Source: the human T2T-CHM13v2.0 reference genome, Homo sapiens
Direction: 5' to 3' (one strand)
Assembly: GCF_009914755.1 (NCBI RefSeq)
Contig: NC_060936.1
Length of the DNA: 64,000 nt
Each line of letters begins with the position of its first letter. Position 1 is the stretch's first letter. A program made the position numbers and the translations under genes. Of this stretch, positions 1-14,924 are shown piece after piece. The notes beneath the pieces were generated by a model, which was not told the DNA's origin, searched no databases, and saw only the letters and a program-made list of their open reading frames with translations.

Positions 1-1270
1 AATTTATAGGCAAAGAAGCTGAAACTCAGAGAAGTTGGAATTCCACGTGGCCAAGTAGCTAATAATGGAAGGGCTGAGATTCAGAATTTTGTCTGACCAT
101 AAGGTTCTTATCCATCATGTTAAATTTACTCTAACTTAGAAATAGGTCACAGGGCCTATGCAAGGGATGATGTTTTGGTCTGCAATACATACACTCCACA
201 CATGCCCTATAGTTGTCTGTTTCTTTACTCCAAACTCCCAGCAATTCTGCCAACACCGCAACACCACACAGTACCAAGGGAGGGCTGCAACAGCCAGCAT
301 CCATTCAACACCACTCCCAAGTCTCTTAGCTGCTCCCAAGATTTCTGGGCCACTCTTTCCATGATATACATATGCATGAAAAATCTCATATAAAATTCAC
401 ATGCTTCTGTTTTCAAGTCCCTCTATTCCCCATCCTTTGCTTTATTCCATTCCACAATAGTGCAAGTTCCTGGAAAAACGCAATAATGTCTTCCATCTCT
501 TTCATCACCTTCCCTTTTACCAAATAGGATGAGGAGCATGGAGTAGAATATCCATCCCTGTAATTATACCTAAAACACTAAAGATCAGTGAAGTGTGTAT
601 TTTAATGTTCTCCAAATAGTATTTAATTAGGGGTACTTGAATATATGAGAAATGTCTTTGCAAAGTAAATGTTTTACGTGCTTAGAGTTTTCTAAGCCCT
701 TGTGTTTCATAATGCAATATAAGCTCTTTATTAGTACCCTCTGGCTGAGATAAGATATTGAGCTGTGAAGAATTGCCCAAAATTTAAAACTTTTTAAAGA
801 ATAAAAAAGCTACCAAAAAATGTATGATTCCCTAAAATGTACTGCGATGTGAACTGCAGCACTGACCATTCTCCCAAATTTCCATCCCAAAACCCTGCTT
901 CTCATGAAAGAGAGAGAGAAAAATAGGGAGAAAAAAGCACATGCTGCATCTTACAAAACCAGATAGTTACTAAATGCTTGTCATTTGGTCCCCAAATTAT
1001 CCTTTCTTGAAATCCAAATCTTTAATATTTTAAAGAATAAATTGCAGCATTTCTGCCTTGAGGTTTTTATGTCATCTTCATAGGAATCATTTTGACCAAT
1101 TTTACATATAACTTAGCTAAATTTTTGTGTTAGATCTGAATCTTGGAGCATAACTAGTCTGTATTAGATGAGGAACAGTTGTCATTTTCAGTTATGACTC
1201 TCCAAACGTCATATCAGCTGGTGCTATGGCTCTGATTTCCTCTATCAGCAGCACCTCTCTCGGGTAATTT

Positions 1271-1562
1271 ATCTTTTTTTCTTTTTCCCCTTTTTTTTTT
1301 TTTTTTTTTTTGAGACAGAGTGGTGCGATCTCAGCTCACTGCAACCTCCGCCTCCTGGGGTTCAGGTGATTCTCCTGCCTCAGCCTCCCAAGTAGCTTGG
1401 ACTATAGGCATGTTCCACCAGGCACAGCTAATTTTTGTGTTTTTAGTAGAGATGGGGTTTCACCATGTTGGCCAGGATGGTCTCTATCTCTTGGCCTCGT
1501 GATCGGCCCAACTCGGCCTCCCAAAGTGCTGGGATTACAGGTGTGAGCCACCACACCTGGCC
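1271..1562 (-). mobile_element. AluSc-like with 30-nt internal deletion
   Basis: Alu body and poly(T); TSD tctcgggtaattt at 1258-1270 and 1563-1575. Confidence 0.93.
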
Positions 1563-4535
1563 TCTCGGGTAATTTCTGAAGACCTTGATTCTCACCACCA
1601 CTGCAAACCCCCAAACCCAACCCATTCTACCTGCTGGCTTGTGCTCCCTCTTCAGAACTTTCCTAATTTTGTGATTCTAGTTGCTGTTCAGTCCCCTTGA
1701 GAGGAAAAACAATGGACAAACTTAATTTAAATCTGAAATAACTGATTAGTTCAATGAAATCTCACAAACTGTGTTACAGATATTATTAAGACAAATTTGC
1801 AAATTAGGAAACTGAGACTCAGAAAGGCTAAGAAATTTATCTGGAATCATATAACTAAGGAAGTAATGGCCAAAAATTTAAATCAAAAGTTTGCCTTACT
1901 CCAAAGTGTGTGTTAATTACTATTTTAAAGTTCTGTTAAAGCAGGGACTTCATGTTAAATTCCTAGTATTGGGAGTTCAGGAAATGTTCAAGAAAAGCAT
2001 GAGGGTCCCTGGTAATGAACTTATGAAAGAAATGTATCATGTGAATATGGTGACTTTTCCTTTTTTAACAAATGGATTGAAGGTTTCCTGAAAAAGTGAT
2101 GAGGGATAACTTTAAAAGGTGCCTATTTAAATTAGCATACAGGCAGTTTGAATTCTAGTTCTTCCTCTTTTAGTATGTTAAAGGGAAGGAAATGGTTTAT
2201 CCCAGTGACTGCTACTCCATAGACACCTGAACTGAACCTGAAGGTAGAAAAGGAATGGGACTTAGCTGAATTTTAACAAGGATCATTTAGGCCAGGGCTG
2301 CTGTTCAGGGCACTGGGTTTGAGTCTGAGACTAGTATTTACCAAAATATGTTATACAAGTCATCAGGGGATACATTCATGGAAAAACTCAGTACACAAGG
2401 ACAAGGACCAAACCTTCTTTCAGATCCTCATGTTGAGCACATAATGAATTCAGTGCCCTGGGCTAGAATTTAAGTAACTGGGAACAGAAACCAGTTCATC
2501 ATGTGTAATTTCTATAGGAAGATAATGCTTCAGATATTGTGTGGTCTCCTCCAAGTGGAGCACAGCCACTTGCCCAGCCATTAGTTAGAGTGCCCGGACG
2601 AGAGGAGAGAAGCAGAGGCTGGGAACGTAACAGGGGAGTGCAGTTGATTGTTCCTCTCAGGGCCAAGATGAAGTGACCCACCGTTTCCCACCGCCCCTCT
2701 CATTCTCAGTATACAGTCTGGTCAATGTTCCCTAAGAAAATGATTCATTCAGCATGCCCCATTTCCAGTTGAAATCACATACACTTGACTTCAGAACTGA
2801 GAACGAAAATGGTTCTTCCTAAATGCAAGTTCTGGCATGCCTAAACAAAAATTTCATATATAGTAAGCTAAAATCTCCTAAAGAGTTTAACGCATAACTT
2901 ATTCAAACGTATTCTGAGACTGTGAAAATTGAGGACTCATCTATCCTCAAATGGAAACTGCCGCTGGCCTCATCTTCTGCACCTTATCTTTCCTTTTAAA
3001 AAAAACTCTGAGATTTACCACTTACATGCCTGCATCTGTTTGGATTAACTTTCATGTTCCATATATTTCTGTTTTTATTAGTTCATCTTTGTCCTCCAAA
3101 TGTGGGTCATCATACAAGTGATAAGTTTAAGTAAGATTTACATTCTCTTTGTTCTTATGAGTGTATCAGTGAATATTATTAATATTGCCTCACATTTGCA
3201 GGACACTTTAATGTGCTATGGAAGCCATTGGAACCCAGCCCCGTATTTCTGAACCAAATTCTCTCCTCCCTCAAACTCTCGGGGCGTTGGGCATTTCCTC
3301 AATTATGTGGCGTCTATGGCAGTTTCTAATCTGATTGGGGCTCTTAAAATAGAACCAGAATCTCTTTTTTGGAGTGAGAGAGCGCAGTGATGAGTATTTA
3401 TTAATTAAGGGAAAAGCCTCCACTTGAGGCAGCTGGGAATGACTTTCTGAAGACACTAAAATCCAAATAAAAAGAAAGACATTCAAATGTGGGAAGAAAA
3501 AGTAAACCCAGTAAGACCCTCCTGAAAGTGTTAAATGTTGAAACGATATCTGAAAGAACCAACTTCTTTGGAGGATTTTTAAAAATAAGAATTGGGGCAT
3601 GGATTTGTAGTCTTGCTTCAAGGCAAGGGAATAGACAAGGTGATCTCCCGTGGGATCTAACAGCCCTGTAATTCATCAAAGAAGGTATTTAAAAGCAAAG
3701 CCATGGGGGAAAGAGAACAGTAGCATCAATCTAAATCAAGCCTTACATGCATTTTCTCTCTTTTTTTTTTTTTTCACTTCTAATCTCTCCCTGCTTTTTT
3801 GTAAGACCTATCACAGCAGGACATACTCTCTACAATTACTTTGACAAACAATGGTAACAGCACTTGGGTTTTTAATGTCTTCCAAAGTAATCTATTTTTG
3901 ACAGTGAAAAGTAGAGGAAACTGATTCCTGAAGCTATGAACTAAAATGACAGATTTGGGGATCTGATTTACCAGAGTGGGTTTTCCATATATCAGCCCTT
4001 GCTGACATTCCTGGGCAAGTACCCACAGGCACAAACTCCCAATGGAAAGTCGGATAAATGTAACACAAACAACAGTCATAAGTTGACTTTCCTATCAGGT
4101 ACCTTGTGAAAAAATAGGTACAACATTTTATAAATCTTTTATTTTAATGAAGTTTACTTAACACCGAAAACGTCAGTCCAGAGATGTGAAATCTTACATT
4201 ATAAAGAATTATGGCAAATAGAAACACTAACAAACTGAGCCTTTAGCTGTCATATCTGAAATACTATACATACACATATTCATGGATGCCAACATGCTGT
4301 AACATAATTTTACATATTAAAATAGGCTCAATTTTCAATGATAATAAAATGGTTACTGATACTATGACTTCATGGAATATTAGATAGCCATTAGGCATAC
4401 TTATATGGAAAAATGTTTTAGTATGTTAAATAGAAAAAGCAAAATATAAAATTATATATAAATTATATATATATGCTTTTGTAGTGGGTTTTAAAAATAT
4501 TTGCATATGTATAAAAATAATTTGGGAATCCATGA

Positions 4536-4891
<356 letters not shown>

Positions 4892-6314
4892 TGTTTCCAT
4901 TTTCAATATACAAAAATACAAATGCACACACACAGGGAGATAACACATTTGATGTAACAAATGACCGTGCTTTCAGAATTCAGTCCAGTATATTATGGTT
5001 GAAGAACAGACTTACATTAAGTGTTCTGCCACGAGTTATCAGAAAAAGTCAATAGACCCACATGACCCCGCCTTCATTCCCTTTTCTCCTCTTAACACCT
5101 CTGCCAGCAAGAACACACACACTGAGTGGGCCATTGTAACTTAGATCCATCTGGTAAGATTCTTTTTCTTCTTCCAAATTAGTTTGTTCCAAAAATTATC
5201 CAGCAGATTGTTCAAGAGAGGCATTTAATATTTGTCTTTAAGAAATGAGAAAATAGGGAGGTCAAAATGAATTAGCATTTAAAAATAAGACCTATAGCAC
5301 CCCTGCGGTGCATCTGTGGGGTTTGAGATGTGCAGCATCATACAAATATCACTAGGAAACTGAGACATTTGGAAACAGCTAAGAAGAGCCATGTTGCTGG
5401 AAAAAACCATGACTGGCAAAAAAAAAGCTTTTTGTGAATATTCCATACCCTACAAAGAACGGGACAAAAATAAATACATAAAGACTTATACCCTGGAATA
5501 ACACAGCAGAAAATATCTTATTAAAAGGTTTTCACTACCTTTGAGATACCATGACATAATCATATTAATCCAAAATACTTCCTTGAAGCATGGATTTTTA
5601 AAGCTTGACTTTTTAATGCCAGTTGGGCTGTGTTATAAGTAGCCATCAGATTTTTTGTTTCCTTTTCCTGGCCAACTACCAAAAATCTTTGGTAGTTGGT
5701 GAGTTTGCTCTACTACAAGAAAACCTGGTAACCTTGGGATACTCTGCTGTTAATATCCGATTCCTATTCAAGTATCTTCCCAGGAAAAGCATGGGGGTTG
5801 CAGGGGGAGGCCAAACCATCTGCTTATTTTAACAAGGCTTTTGGCCAGCTTCTCATGGTTAAGGAGCGCTAACTCTCTGGCTAGCCTACCAGAAGCTCAG
5901 AGAATGAGAGTTCCTGGTATTTACAGTGTTACTTTTTAAATCAGTTTCAGAATGTGATTAGCACACCTTCCTAGGTAGGAAAAAGCTATGTTATGGCTGA
6001 AAAGAAAAGAAGCAGATACTCTTATTCTTGGTGGATGTGGGAAAACAAACAATTTGGATACTGAATAAAGAATAAATACTGTTAAGCACTTAATTTCATA
6101 CACAAAATATATAGAGAATTTATTTTAAGCTTTCAATTGCCTTTTAGATGCCAAATTCAGATCTATTTATAGATGCCAGCTTTGAGTAATTCAAAAATTT
6201 ATATAAAATCATTTCTGTGAAACTTACAGTTTATGGAAAACAGAGAAAGGTTTGCCCATTTCAGGTAAGGCCTATGATTTCCTCCTTTTACACTGATTTA
6301 GTATGGCTACAGAT

Positions 6315-6540
6315 AAGGTTCATGGAATAAGAAGGTTTTTGTAGTCAGACCTGGGTTCGGATTGCCTCTGCCATTCATGAGCCATGCAAACTTGAAGACA
6401 GCTAACCTCCCTGTGCTTTAATGTTCTCATGCATAAGATAGAGAATATAAAACCTCATCACAGTGTTATTGTAGGGATTAGATGAGATGCAATATGCAAA
6501 AACACCCAAAACTAACAAGTATGCAGTCAATATTAGCTCC
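6315..6540 (+). mobile_element. MIR fragment
   Basis: gtcagacctgggttc...ctctgcca...aacctccctgtgctt MIR core-like sequence; boundaries approximate. Confidence 0.65.
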
Positions 6541-8254
6541 CTTTCCTCTTTTCCTTCTTCCAGGCTCTTGGGCTACTGTAATTTACACATTAACTCATTC
6601 TGTAACTTTAATTTCCTACTACCTCTTTAAAATACAGACCATATTTATTGATGGGGGGAAAATATACAAAGCTTAAAGCATGTGCCGTAAAATAGTTCCT
6701 TAAAGGGTAGTACAGCAAAATGGAACACATTTTCTTGCCCATTCACAGGACGACTGTGAATTTTAGCATAATTATTGAAAAAAACTCAGCTACTCTGACT
6801 TTTTACAATATCTAGTGATCAAGAAAACCTTTAGATCATATTACTTTTCCTCTCAATGTTGTAGTTAGGCTATTCACTCAGAGAGGCCTGTGACAAGCTA
6901 TAGTTAATAAGTCTTCCATGGTGTCAAAAGTAATAATATTAACACGCCTTTGTGAGTTAAATTAATTTTGTTTTGTGCACTGGCCTGCATAAATGTGAAT
7001 GACATTTCAAAATATGATCAGGCAGAAGCTGAGAAGGAGCCAAGTGGCAAGGCAGAATGAGATGCGGTCATTAGAGCAGAGCAGCCAGCTGCAAGCATTT
7101 GTCAGTGCAGGCAAAGAGGTGCAGGATATTATTACAGCAAACTTAGGGGGTTGTTCTTTCAGTTCATTTTGCCCTTTGGAAAAAAAATACTGATTTTTGT
7201 CTTTAGAGAAAAATAGAGATGTTTGACATCCAGGCTCTCCATGTTTGGAAATGAAAGACCATCTTCCTGCTAATCACTGATTTCAAGTGTCTTTCAACCC
7301 ACAGATTTTTTTTCTCTGCCTGCGAGAGGCAGCTGATTGGTAATAGCTTTTAAACTAATGACCAAACAGTGACATTTTAAAGTCTTAATGGTTGTGTTTA
7401 TTTCAGAGACTTCTTCAGATTCCCCACCACCACCATACACAAAGGCATATACCTCCTGCAAATAGAACAAATAAATATGCTGTCTGTAAACAGTTAAAAG
7501 ATACAGGTTGAACCTAGGAAGAAAACACCTCAGGATGACTCAGGGATCAGATGACCAAAATGACTGGTGTAATAAGTTTTATACTTTTTACCAAATGGCT
7601 GGACAAGCCCTTTTCCACTTGAGTTCTAGTATTTTGATTACTGCAATCAGAAATCAAATTATAAGAAAAATGGAGATGTTCCTATTAAGGCAGTCACCGT
7701 AAACAAGAACTGGATAATAATTTAAGGGGCTCTGTACCTCTTCATATGTTAAACTTGACAATTTAGGCAACATCCCATAGTAATGAGCCTCTACATTTCT
7801 TTCATATATCTAGTATCACAATATTTTTGTCTGTTCAGAAGTACTACACATGCAACAAACAATTTTTAAATTTGTCTATAGAAGTTTCTCTATTTTAATA
7901 AAATGAAGAGCACTATATTCAGAACTCTGCATATTGTTTAGTATCCACAGCAATCCTACATGATATGAAAGCATTGTTATCCTCATTTCACAAAGGAAAA
8001 GTAAAGGAATTCCCTGAAAGCTATAGGACTGTTAAGTCACAGAATCTGTGTTTTAACTCAGATCAATTTCACTCCAAAGCCTGTGCTCTAGGTAACATAT
8101 AGCCAAAAATACCCATGCCCTATTTCCTTCTGGCAACCAATCCACTGTGACTTCTATGGTAAACAACTATGTTCTGTAGCTTCTGCATTTAACTATCTCA
8201 AATCAAAAGGCACCAGCAAAGGAAATGGCTTATTCTGGAAGATTTTGCATTAAT

Positions 8255-9015
8255 CTGATGATTCACTTCAACAAACATACATCTTCAGATCATTTCATGC
8301 TGGGCACTGGTGATGTAAAGATGAATTAGACAGTGCTAGGCTCAAGGACTTCATAGGCGATGAGGAAGGGATGATGCTATCTGGAAGTGAAGAGAGTTCA
8401 GAAGAGATGGTCAGAATGTAAATTTGAAATGAGTTCTAAAGGATGACTAGGAATTCAACTGATTGAGAATAAGGGCTTCCAAGAAGAGGAAGCAGGGAAA
8501 GCATTGGAACATGTAAAGAACAAGATGTCCAGATCTGATTATAATCTAGTACTGTACATGTGAGAGGGGAATGGCGTGAGGGGTAAGCCAGAAAAAATAA
8601 ATAAGGGTAATATTTTAGGGCCTTGAAGGTGGGAGTTAACATTTTAAGTCTCACATTTGGGAGGCAGGGAGGATATTAAAGCTGTCAGTGGCCACATCAG
8701 CTCTGTGTGTAAGAAAGCCAATTTTTTGGCAGTGTGAAGATGAATTGGAGGCTCTTGCCTCCATTTAGGAGTCCATGAACGATATGGCTGTGAAGACAGA
8801 ATGTGAACTAAAATTGAAAAAGTATTTTCAAAACAAGAATTTGCAGAATTTTGTTACTGATCAGATAGAGAGGTGAGGGGCAGAGAAAGCTATTGAAAAT
8901 AATTTCAATTAGTTTGGTTGACTGAGAAATGAGCAAACAGGACAATAAATGAAATTACAGGAAGATGCACTAATTTTAAGGGAAAACATTAAGTTCTGTT
9001 TTGGACATGTTCATT
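8255..9015 (-). mobile_element. L2 fragment
   Basis: attcacttcaacaaacat 3' end followed by purine-rich L2-like body; boundaries approximate. Confidence 0.6.
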
Positions 9016-9205
9016 AAAACAGAGTTCATTTCTATTTAAGATGATATTACATCCTTTTTTACCCCACCACAACTTGTTTTAATGTTTTATATGCAGTATT
9101 TAATGTTCTCCTAAATAGTACCATACCCACAGTCAAGGAGCATTATTTAATTTATCTGATTCCACTATCTCTTTACCAACCTAACACTTCTTTAAAATTA
9201 CTCAT

Positions 9206-9503
9206 GGCCGGGTGCGGTGGCTCACGCCTGTAATCCCAGCACTTTGGGAGGCTGAGGCGGGCAGATCACGAGGTTAGGAGATCGAGACCATCCTGGCTAA
9301 CACAGTGAAACCCCGTCTCTACTAAAAATACAAAAAATTAGCCGGGCGTGGTGGCAGGCACCTGCAGTCCCAGCTACTCAGGAGGCTGAGGCAGGAGAAT
9401 GGCCTGAACCCGGGAGGCAGAGCTTGCAGTAAGCCAAGATCACGCCATAGCACTCCAGCCTGGGCGACAGAGCGAGACTCCATCTCAAAAAAAAAAAAAA
9501 AAA
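9206..9503 (+). mobile_element. AluY
   Basis: GGCCGGGTGCGG start, gagatcgagaccatcctggctaac diagnostic, A-tail; TSD aaaattactca. Confidence 0.95.
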
Positions 9504-10149
9504 TTACTCACAAAGAAATCATAAAACCATGTTTTTTTCTTTCAAAAGAATTCCAAAGGAAAAAAAATGCCCTGAAGAATAGCAAGCATGGCCTTTATCT
9601 TTGCAGCTTAGGATGCTGCATTTTCAGGTTTCCTCATGGACTTTGTGATTTCCATTTCAACACATCCCAGTTAGCAGCCAGGTATAACAAACCGCTACAA
9701 TCATCCGCTCTTTATTGTGCTGATCCAAGCTCATGGCCACAGAGGGGTTAAGTGGAAAATGAAATCCAAACTGTGTTATCCAAGCACAAGATTCAGTGGA
9801 CTTCAGCTCTGAAAGACCCACTGGGTGAGGAGGCCGTAAGCAACCCTGCAGAAGGAGAGCCTTGGAAAGGGCCCAAGTGTGGTAAGATACACACCTCCAC
9901 ATAGATGTCTTACAAGGCCTCACTCCATGTGCTCTTCTGTGTGTCTAAGAAAAACCTGGTAAGAGAGCTGACTTAGGGGAATGTCTCTATATGAACACTT
10001 ACATGACATTATCTTTCCATTAATTAATATACTGAAAATATAAGTGTCTGCTATGTGCCAGGCACTAGCTGAGCAGGAAATACACAAAGTTGGATAAAAC
10101 ATTTTAAAATTATTCTTAATTACCTATGGATGGGAATGCTACTGTACTT

Positions 10150-10400
10150 GAATAATAATGAAATAACTAGCATGCATGTACACTTTCCACATTCTAGGCA
10201 CTGTTCTGACCACTTTATCTCATCTCATCTCATTTAATCCTCACAACCAGGTGAGATCAGTACAATTATTATCCCCATTTTATACAATAGGAAACAAGCT
10301 TAGAGAAATGAAACAATCTGCACAAGGTCACCTATCTAGTAAGTGGCAAGCCAGAGTTTCCAAGCTGTGTCTGTCTGACTTAAGGCTTCAGCTGCAAACC
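10150..10400 (-). mobile_element. MIR
   Basis: tcatttaatcctcacaac...attatccccattttata...ggaaac...aaggtcac MIR core. Confidence 0.75.
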
Positions 10401-11104
10401 CCTACTCTGTGTAACCTAACAGGTGCTTCACTCACACAGCCATCTCTACACTGTATCCATTGACCTTCAGCCATATGGAAATGGAGAAGATAGCACTTAT
10501 TGCTTGTTTAGAGAAGGTAGCTTGCTTTTATCTTTTTCTAATTCACTCCTTAAAATAATCCCTTTCTTGCATTTATCCCTCTTTTTTGCAGAAAGCATAT
10601 CTTTCCACCTATTTTATCGTATTTGACCTCATTAAATCCCTATAAGGAGAGAGGAATAAATTTTATTACCCCTCCTGAGTCAAGGCACTGTAATACATCT
10701 CCTCTTAGTCAATCTGTTTAACTCAGGCAACCTCAGGAATGTAAAGGAAAATCAGAAGCTTGTGTTTGGACATGATTCTGCTCCTCTGAGAAACCCTTTC
10801 ACCTCAACAGTCTACAGATTTCCATGGAAGACCTTGAGACGGTCATTCAGGAATTGTAGCCTGCTGTTTCCTGTGCATTCAGGAAGACATGAAAGCAATT
10901 ACAAATTGCTTAACAGACGATGCATAATATTAGAGATGAAGAATCTGGCTGTGAACACTTGCACCAGGGAAATTCTGCTGTGTGATTTCTCTTCCAGATC
11001 AGCACCTTGTGCTAACAGTATCGTACTGGCATGATGCTGAGTACTCCTAAATAATGATCCAGTATAAGAAGAAAATTAAAATTTCAGAAACTTTCACTAC
11101 ATAG

Positions 11105-11310
11105 AAGAAAGAGCATGGATGTCTGTGCTTAACAGACCTGTTTTCTGAGTTCTAATAACATTAGGAAAATTACCTCACAGGGCTGACTCTCAATTTGTTC
11201 ATTCACAAAATGGAGATAATAACTATATTTCAGGGCTGTGAAGATATGAAATAACTTACGTGAAATACCTAGCATATAGAAGCTGTTCCATAAGTGATAG
11301 CCTGTTGTTG
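11105..11310 (+). mobile_element. MIR (plus orientation)
   Basis: ctcaatttgttcattcacaaaatggagataataac...cagggctgtgaag core; boundaries approximate. Confidence 0.6.
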
Positions 11311-11317
11311 ACATTGA

Positions 11318-11540
11318 CTAACATTTATTGAGCACTTAGTATATGCCAGGTGCTGTTGTATGCACTTCATATGTATTAATCTGTTAAATCCACAGAACGG
11401 TCCTTTCACTTAGGTACTATTATCATTAGGATTTTCCTGATGAGGACATGAAGGTCCATAAGGTTTAAGAATATTACCAGATCACATAGCTAGTAAGTGG
11501 TAAGCCAGAATTTTTGAACCCAGGAGACTAACTGTAGTCT
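11318..11540 (-). mobile_element. MIR (minus orientation)
   Basis: taacatttattgagcactt...tgatgagga...atcacatagctagtaagtgg. Confidence 0.7.
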
Positions 11541-13752
11541 TAATTATGGCACTCACTGTCTCTAAAATCATCTTGGGAACCTAACATCTTTCAGGCATAC
11601 AGACTTAACTTCCAGTCCATTTTCGTTTCCTGCAGTTCCTTATTCATAAACCTAGGAAATATTTCTCAGTGACCCCAGGAAAAATTGCCCCAGCTTAACT
11701 CTGTAACCTGTTCAATTTTACCCTCACATGCAATTGAGAAGTGTTCTTAATTTATAACAGCAACAGCTTCTTTCAGAAAGCTTTCCCACCTAACTGTACC
11801 AATCTCACCTATAAGCGACATCATTGGCTCATTTCTCTACCTTGAATTTCACTCTGGATAAATTTAGAAGTCACCTTTTGTAATTTTACACATTTTCTTT
11901 AAATTTTTCCCACAACATAAACCTACAAGATTCTTCTTTTTTCTTAACAGCTTGCAAAAGTGGTCATATATATCTATGATTCATCTCCTTCAGCCAAATG
12001 GTCTGAAATATTCAAGGACTTCAACTGCCTAAAGGCTTTTTTCAGATAACACAATTGTGCATATACTCTTTTCAGCTTTAAATTCAAAATACTGTCCATT
12101 AGATTTTTCATATTCTCCTAGTTGAAAGACTTTTTAGGACATCTAAAATTTGTGTGAATTTTTAAATTTATGTCTTTTGAGTTATTTTCTTCTTTTATTT
12201 TGCCAAGAATTAATATGCATTTTAAAGCAATAGAAATAATTTGTCCCTTTGCAGCATTTTTTATCCCTTTGCAGAATTTATTAGACAATAGTTACTACCT
12301 TTATGAAGCAGATTTCCTGGACATCTACAAACTTCTTTAAATTACAGTGTTAGTAGTAAACATGCTTTTATGAGATTCCACATGTGGAAAAAAATAACTT
12401 TTTAAGAATGTTTAGTTTGATCTCTGCCCAATAGGATATCATATAATAAAATTATAGGTAAAAGCCACAAAAAAAAAATAAAGTCATAAAAAATGATAAA
12501 AGTTATCTGGTGAAATTGATTAGCAATGTATGGATCATTTTTCTCATTTACATTTTTCTAGAAACTTATTAATTTTTCTTCATCAAAATGTGATGCTCAA
12601 AAGTTGAAAGCCAGAATGCCATCACAAATAAGGAGGAAAATTGTCGTAGTTTAGAATGCCTAAAGTTACAATTGCATAACATATGCTGTTAAAAAAATAT
12701 ATCCTCTATTAGTCATTTCTCACAAAAATCTGTGATGAACTTTACATAACCAAAAAATCCCTGGTATCTCAGCAGGGTCACTCCAGCTGTCAGTGTGAAT
12801 ACATGCAAAATGAAACAAACAAGATATACCTATTTTCTTTCTTTGTCTGAAAAGGATGGCTTTCATTCAAATTCACATCATACATTTGCAGATAAACTAT
12901 ATTTTTGCATTGTGTGATTTAGTGACATCACATTTTCATGCAAAGGACCATTGAATTCCCTAATGATGTTCTGATTTTCTTAACAATGAACACCAGTGAA
13001 CTTTCCCCTAGGCAAACCAGATGGAAACTAAATCGTTTCTGCAGAATGAACGATTTGTGAAATCTTGGCAAATTGAATTCCAAATATACTTAGAGATGAT
13101 CTTGACTTTCTCTGTAACTCTACCACAACATGCAATACATTTAAGGCCTACATGGGAAATACACTAATTAGTTGCATAACCTTTATGCAGAAATGAATGA
13201 GAACAGAAGATCACCATCAAAGGAATAAAAGTCAATAACTCCGAAAAAGAAGTAATATGCAGATGGGACATCTTCACTAAGAAAGTATGAGTTTAATGTA
13301 GATATTGTGGGAGGTATTCCCTTGTCATCTTTGAATTGGTTCTTTTTAACCTGCTTTGTGAAGGAGGTAACTCATTAAGCACGTTTCTTTACATTGTTTC
13401 AAATACGTTATTTAGCTAGTTATATGAAAATCTGAATTCAAATTCTTAATCTATGTGTCTACATTTTCTACTTCACACACTCTCTTACCTATACCCCAAA
13501 ATGGAATTAAATGGACTGTGCATGAAAAAGATTTTGTTTCTATTACCCACAATCTAATTATATTATTTTCACAGTGACATTATGAAACTATCCAGTAGAT
13601 GCAACATGTTTGTCACACAAAAGATAAATTGTGCTTTCTTCTTTATTTCAAGTAAAGAATCCTTACAATTCTCATAGCATTCCATCTACAGAGGGTTATA
13701 ATTTCCCCAGATGTGACTAAAATGGCCATAGTTATCATTAGGTTTTATATCT

Positions 13753-14112
13753 TGTCTGAATCCATTTAGGCTACTATAACAAGATACCATAAACTGGGTG
13801 GCTCATAAACAACAAAAATTTATTTCTCACAGTTCTGGAAGCTGAGAAGTCTGAGATGAAGGTGCCAGCAAATTTAGTGTCTGATGAAGTCCGCTTACTG
13901 GCTCATGGTCTTTTCACCATATCCTCACATGTCAGACGGGGCAAAGGAATTCTCTCTGGCCTCTTTTACAAGGACTCTCATCCCATTCAGGAAGACTCAG
14001 CCCTCATCACCTAATCACCTCCCATTGGCCTCACCTCCTAATACCATCACCTTGGGAGTTAGGATTTCAATGTATGAATTCTGCGGAGGAGACACAAACA
14101 TTCACAGCACAG
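13753..14112. mobile_element. MaLR LTR (MLT1A-like)
   Basis: ggctactataacaagataccataaactgggtggc...atttatttctcacagttctgga...aggatttcaatgtatgaatt...gacacaaacattca signature. Confidence 0.8.
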
Positions 14113-14924
14113 TGTACCTATTCAGAAATTCAGATATTCCACCTCAGCTACTATGTCATCAAGTAATCAGGGCTTTTTTGCATTTTTACAAGGTTCACTC
14201 ATATCTAAATCTAAATCTAAAGAGGGTTTTTTTGCATCTTTACAAGATTCAGCCACTCAATGTCTTTAAAAAATAATGAGGCAAAGTCAGGAAAACGCTT
14301 TTTAGAAAGGGTTATTCTACTGGCATTAAACTAGCAAGAAAAAAATATTGGCATCTTTCATTTATAGAACAGGTTTAATTTCTCAACACTTTTATGTTTT
14401 GACTTGTTTATTCCTACCAGCTCTTTGTTATAAAAGATAGTTACATTATTATTTATAAATCTAACAACAAACAACAAACCAGCCAAATTCCCAATGTTGT
14501 TTATGTATCATTTTTCAAACCTATTCATTTTTCTCAAATTGTGATTGTTTTCTCTTTGTCTTGTTTACATTTTTTCCTGCCAAGTTAATTCTCCAATAAA
14601 CTTTATACATGGTCCGTGACATTGCTCCCCTTCTGGAAACATTGATACCCAAAATCCTACTTTATATTTTTACCTTTGCTTTTAATGAGAAACCCAAATG
14701 TATCTTAACTCTTCAAAAAAAAGTTACTGAGTATAAGCTATGTGCTAGGCAGCTTTTTCTTTTTAATATCACTATTGCCTGTAGCTTAGTTTTTCATTTT
14801 TACCTCATGGTCTTGACCAACTAACTCCAAACTTTTCTTACTGAGGTACAAACTAAGAATGACTATTTTCTCTGTCCTATGCCTTTCCCACAGTTAAAAA
14901 AAAAAATCTCTCTTGTCTGTAACT

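Noticed and set aside
10998-11020. REST/NRSE site
   Set aside because: Only the left half (TCAGCACC) is present, without the GGACAG right half.
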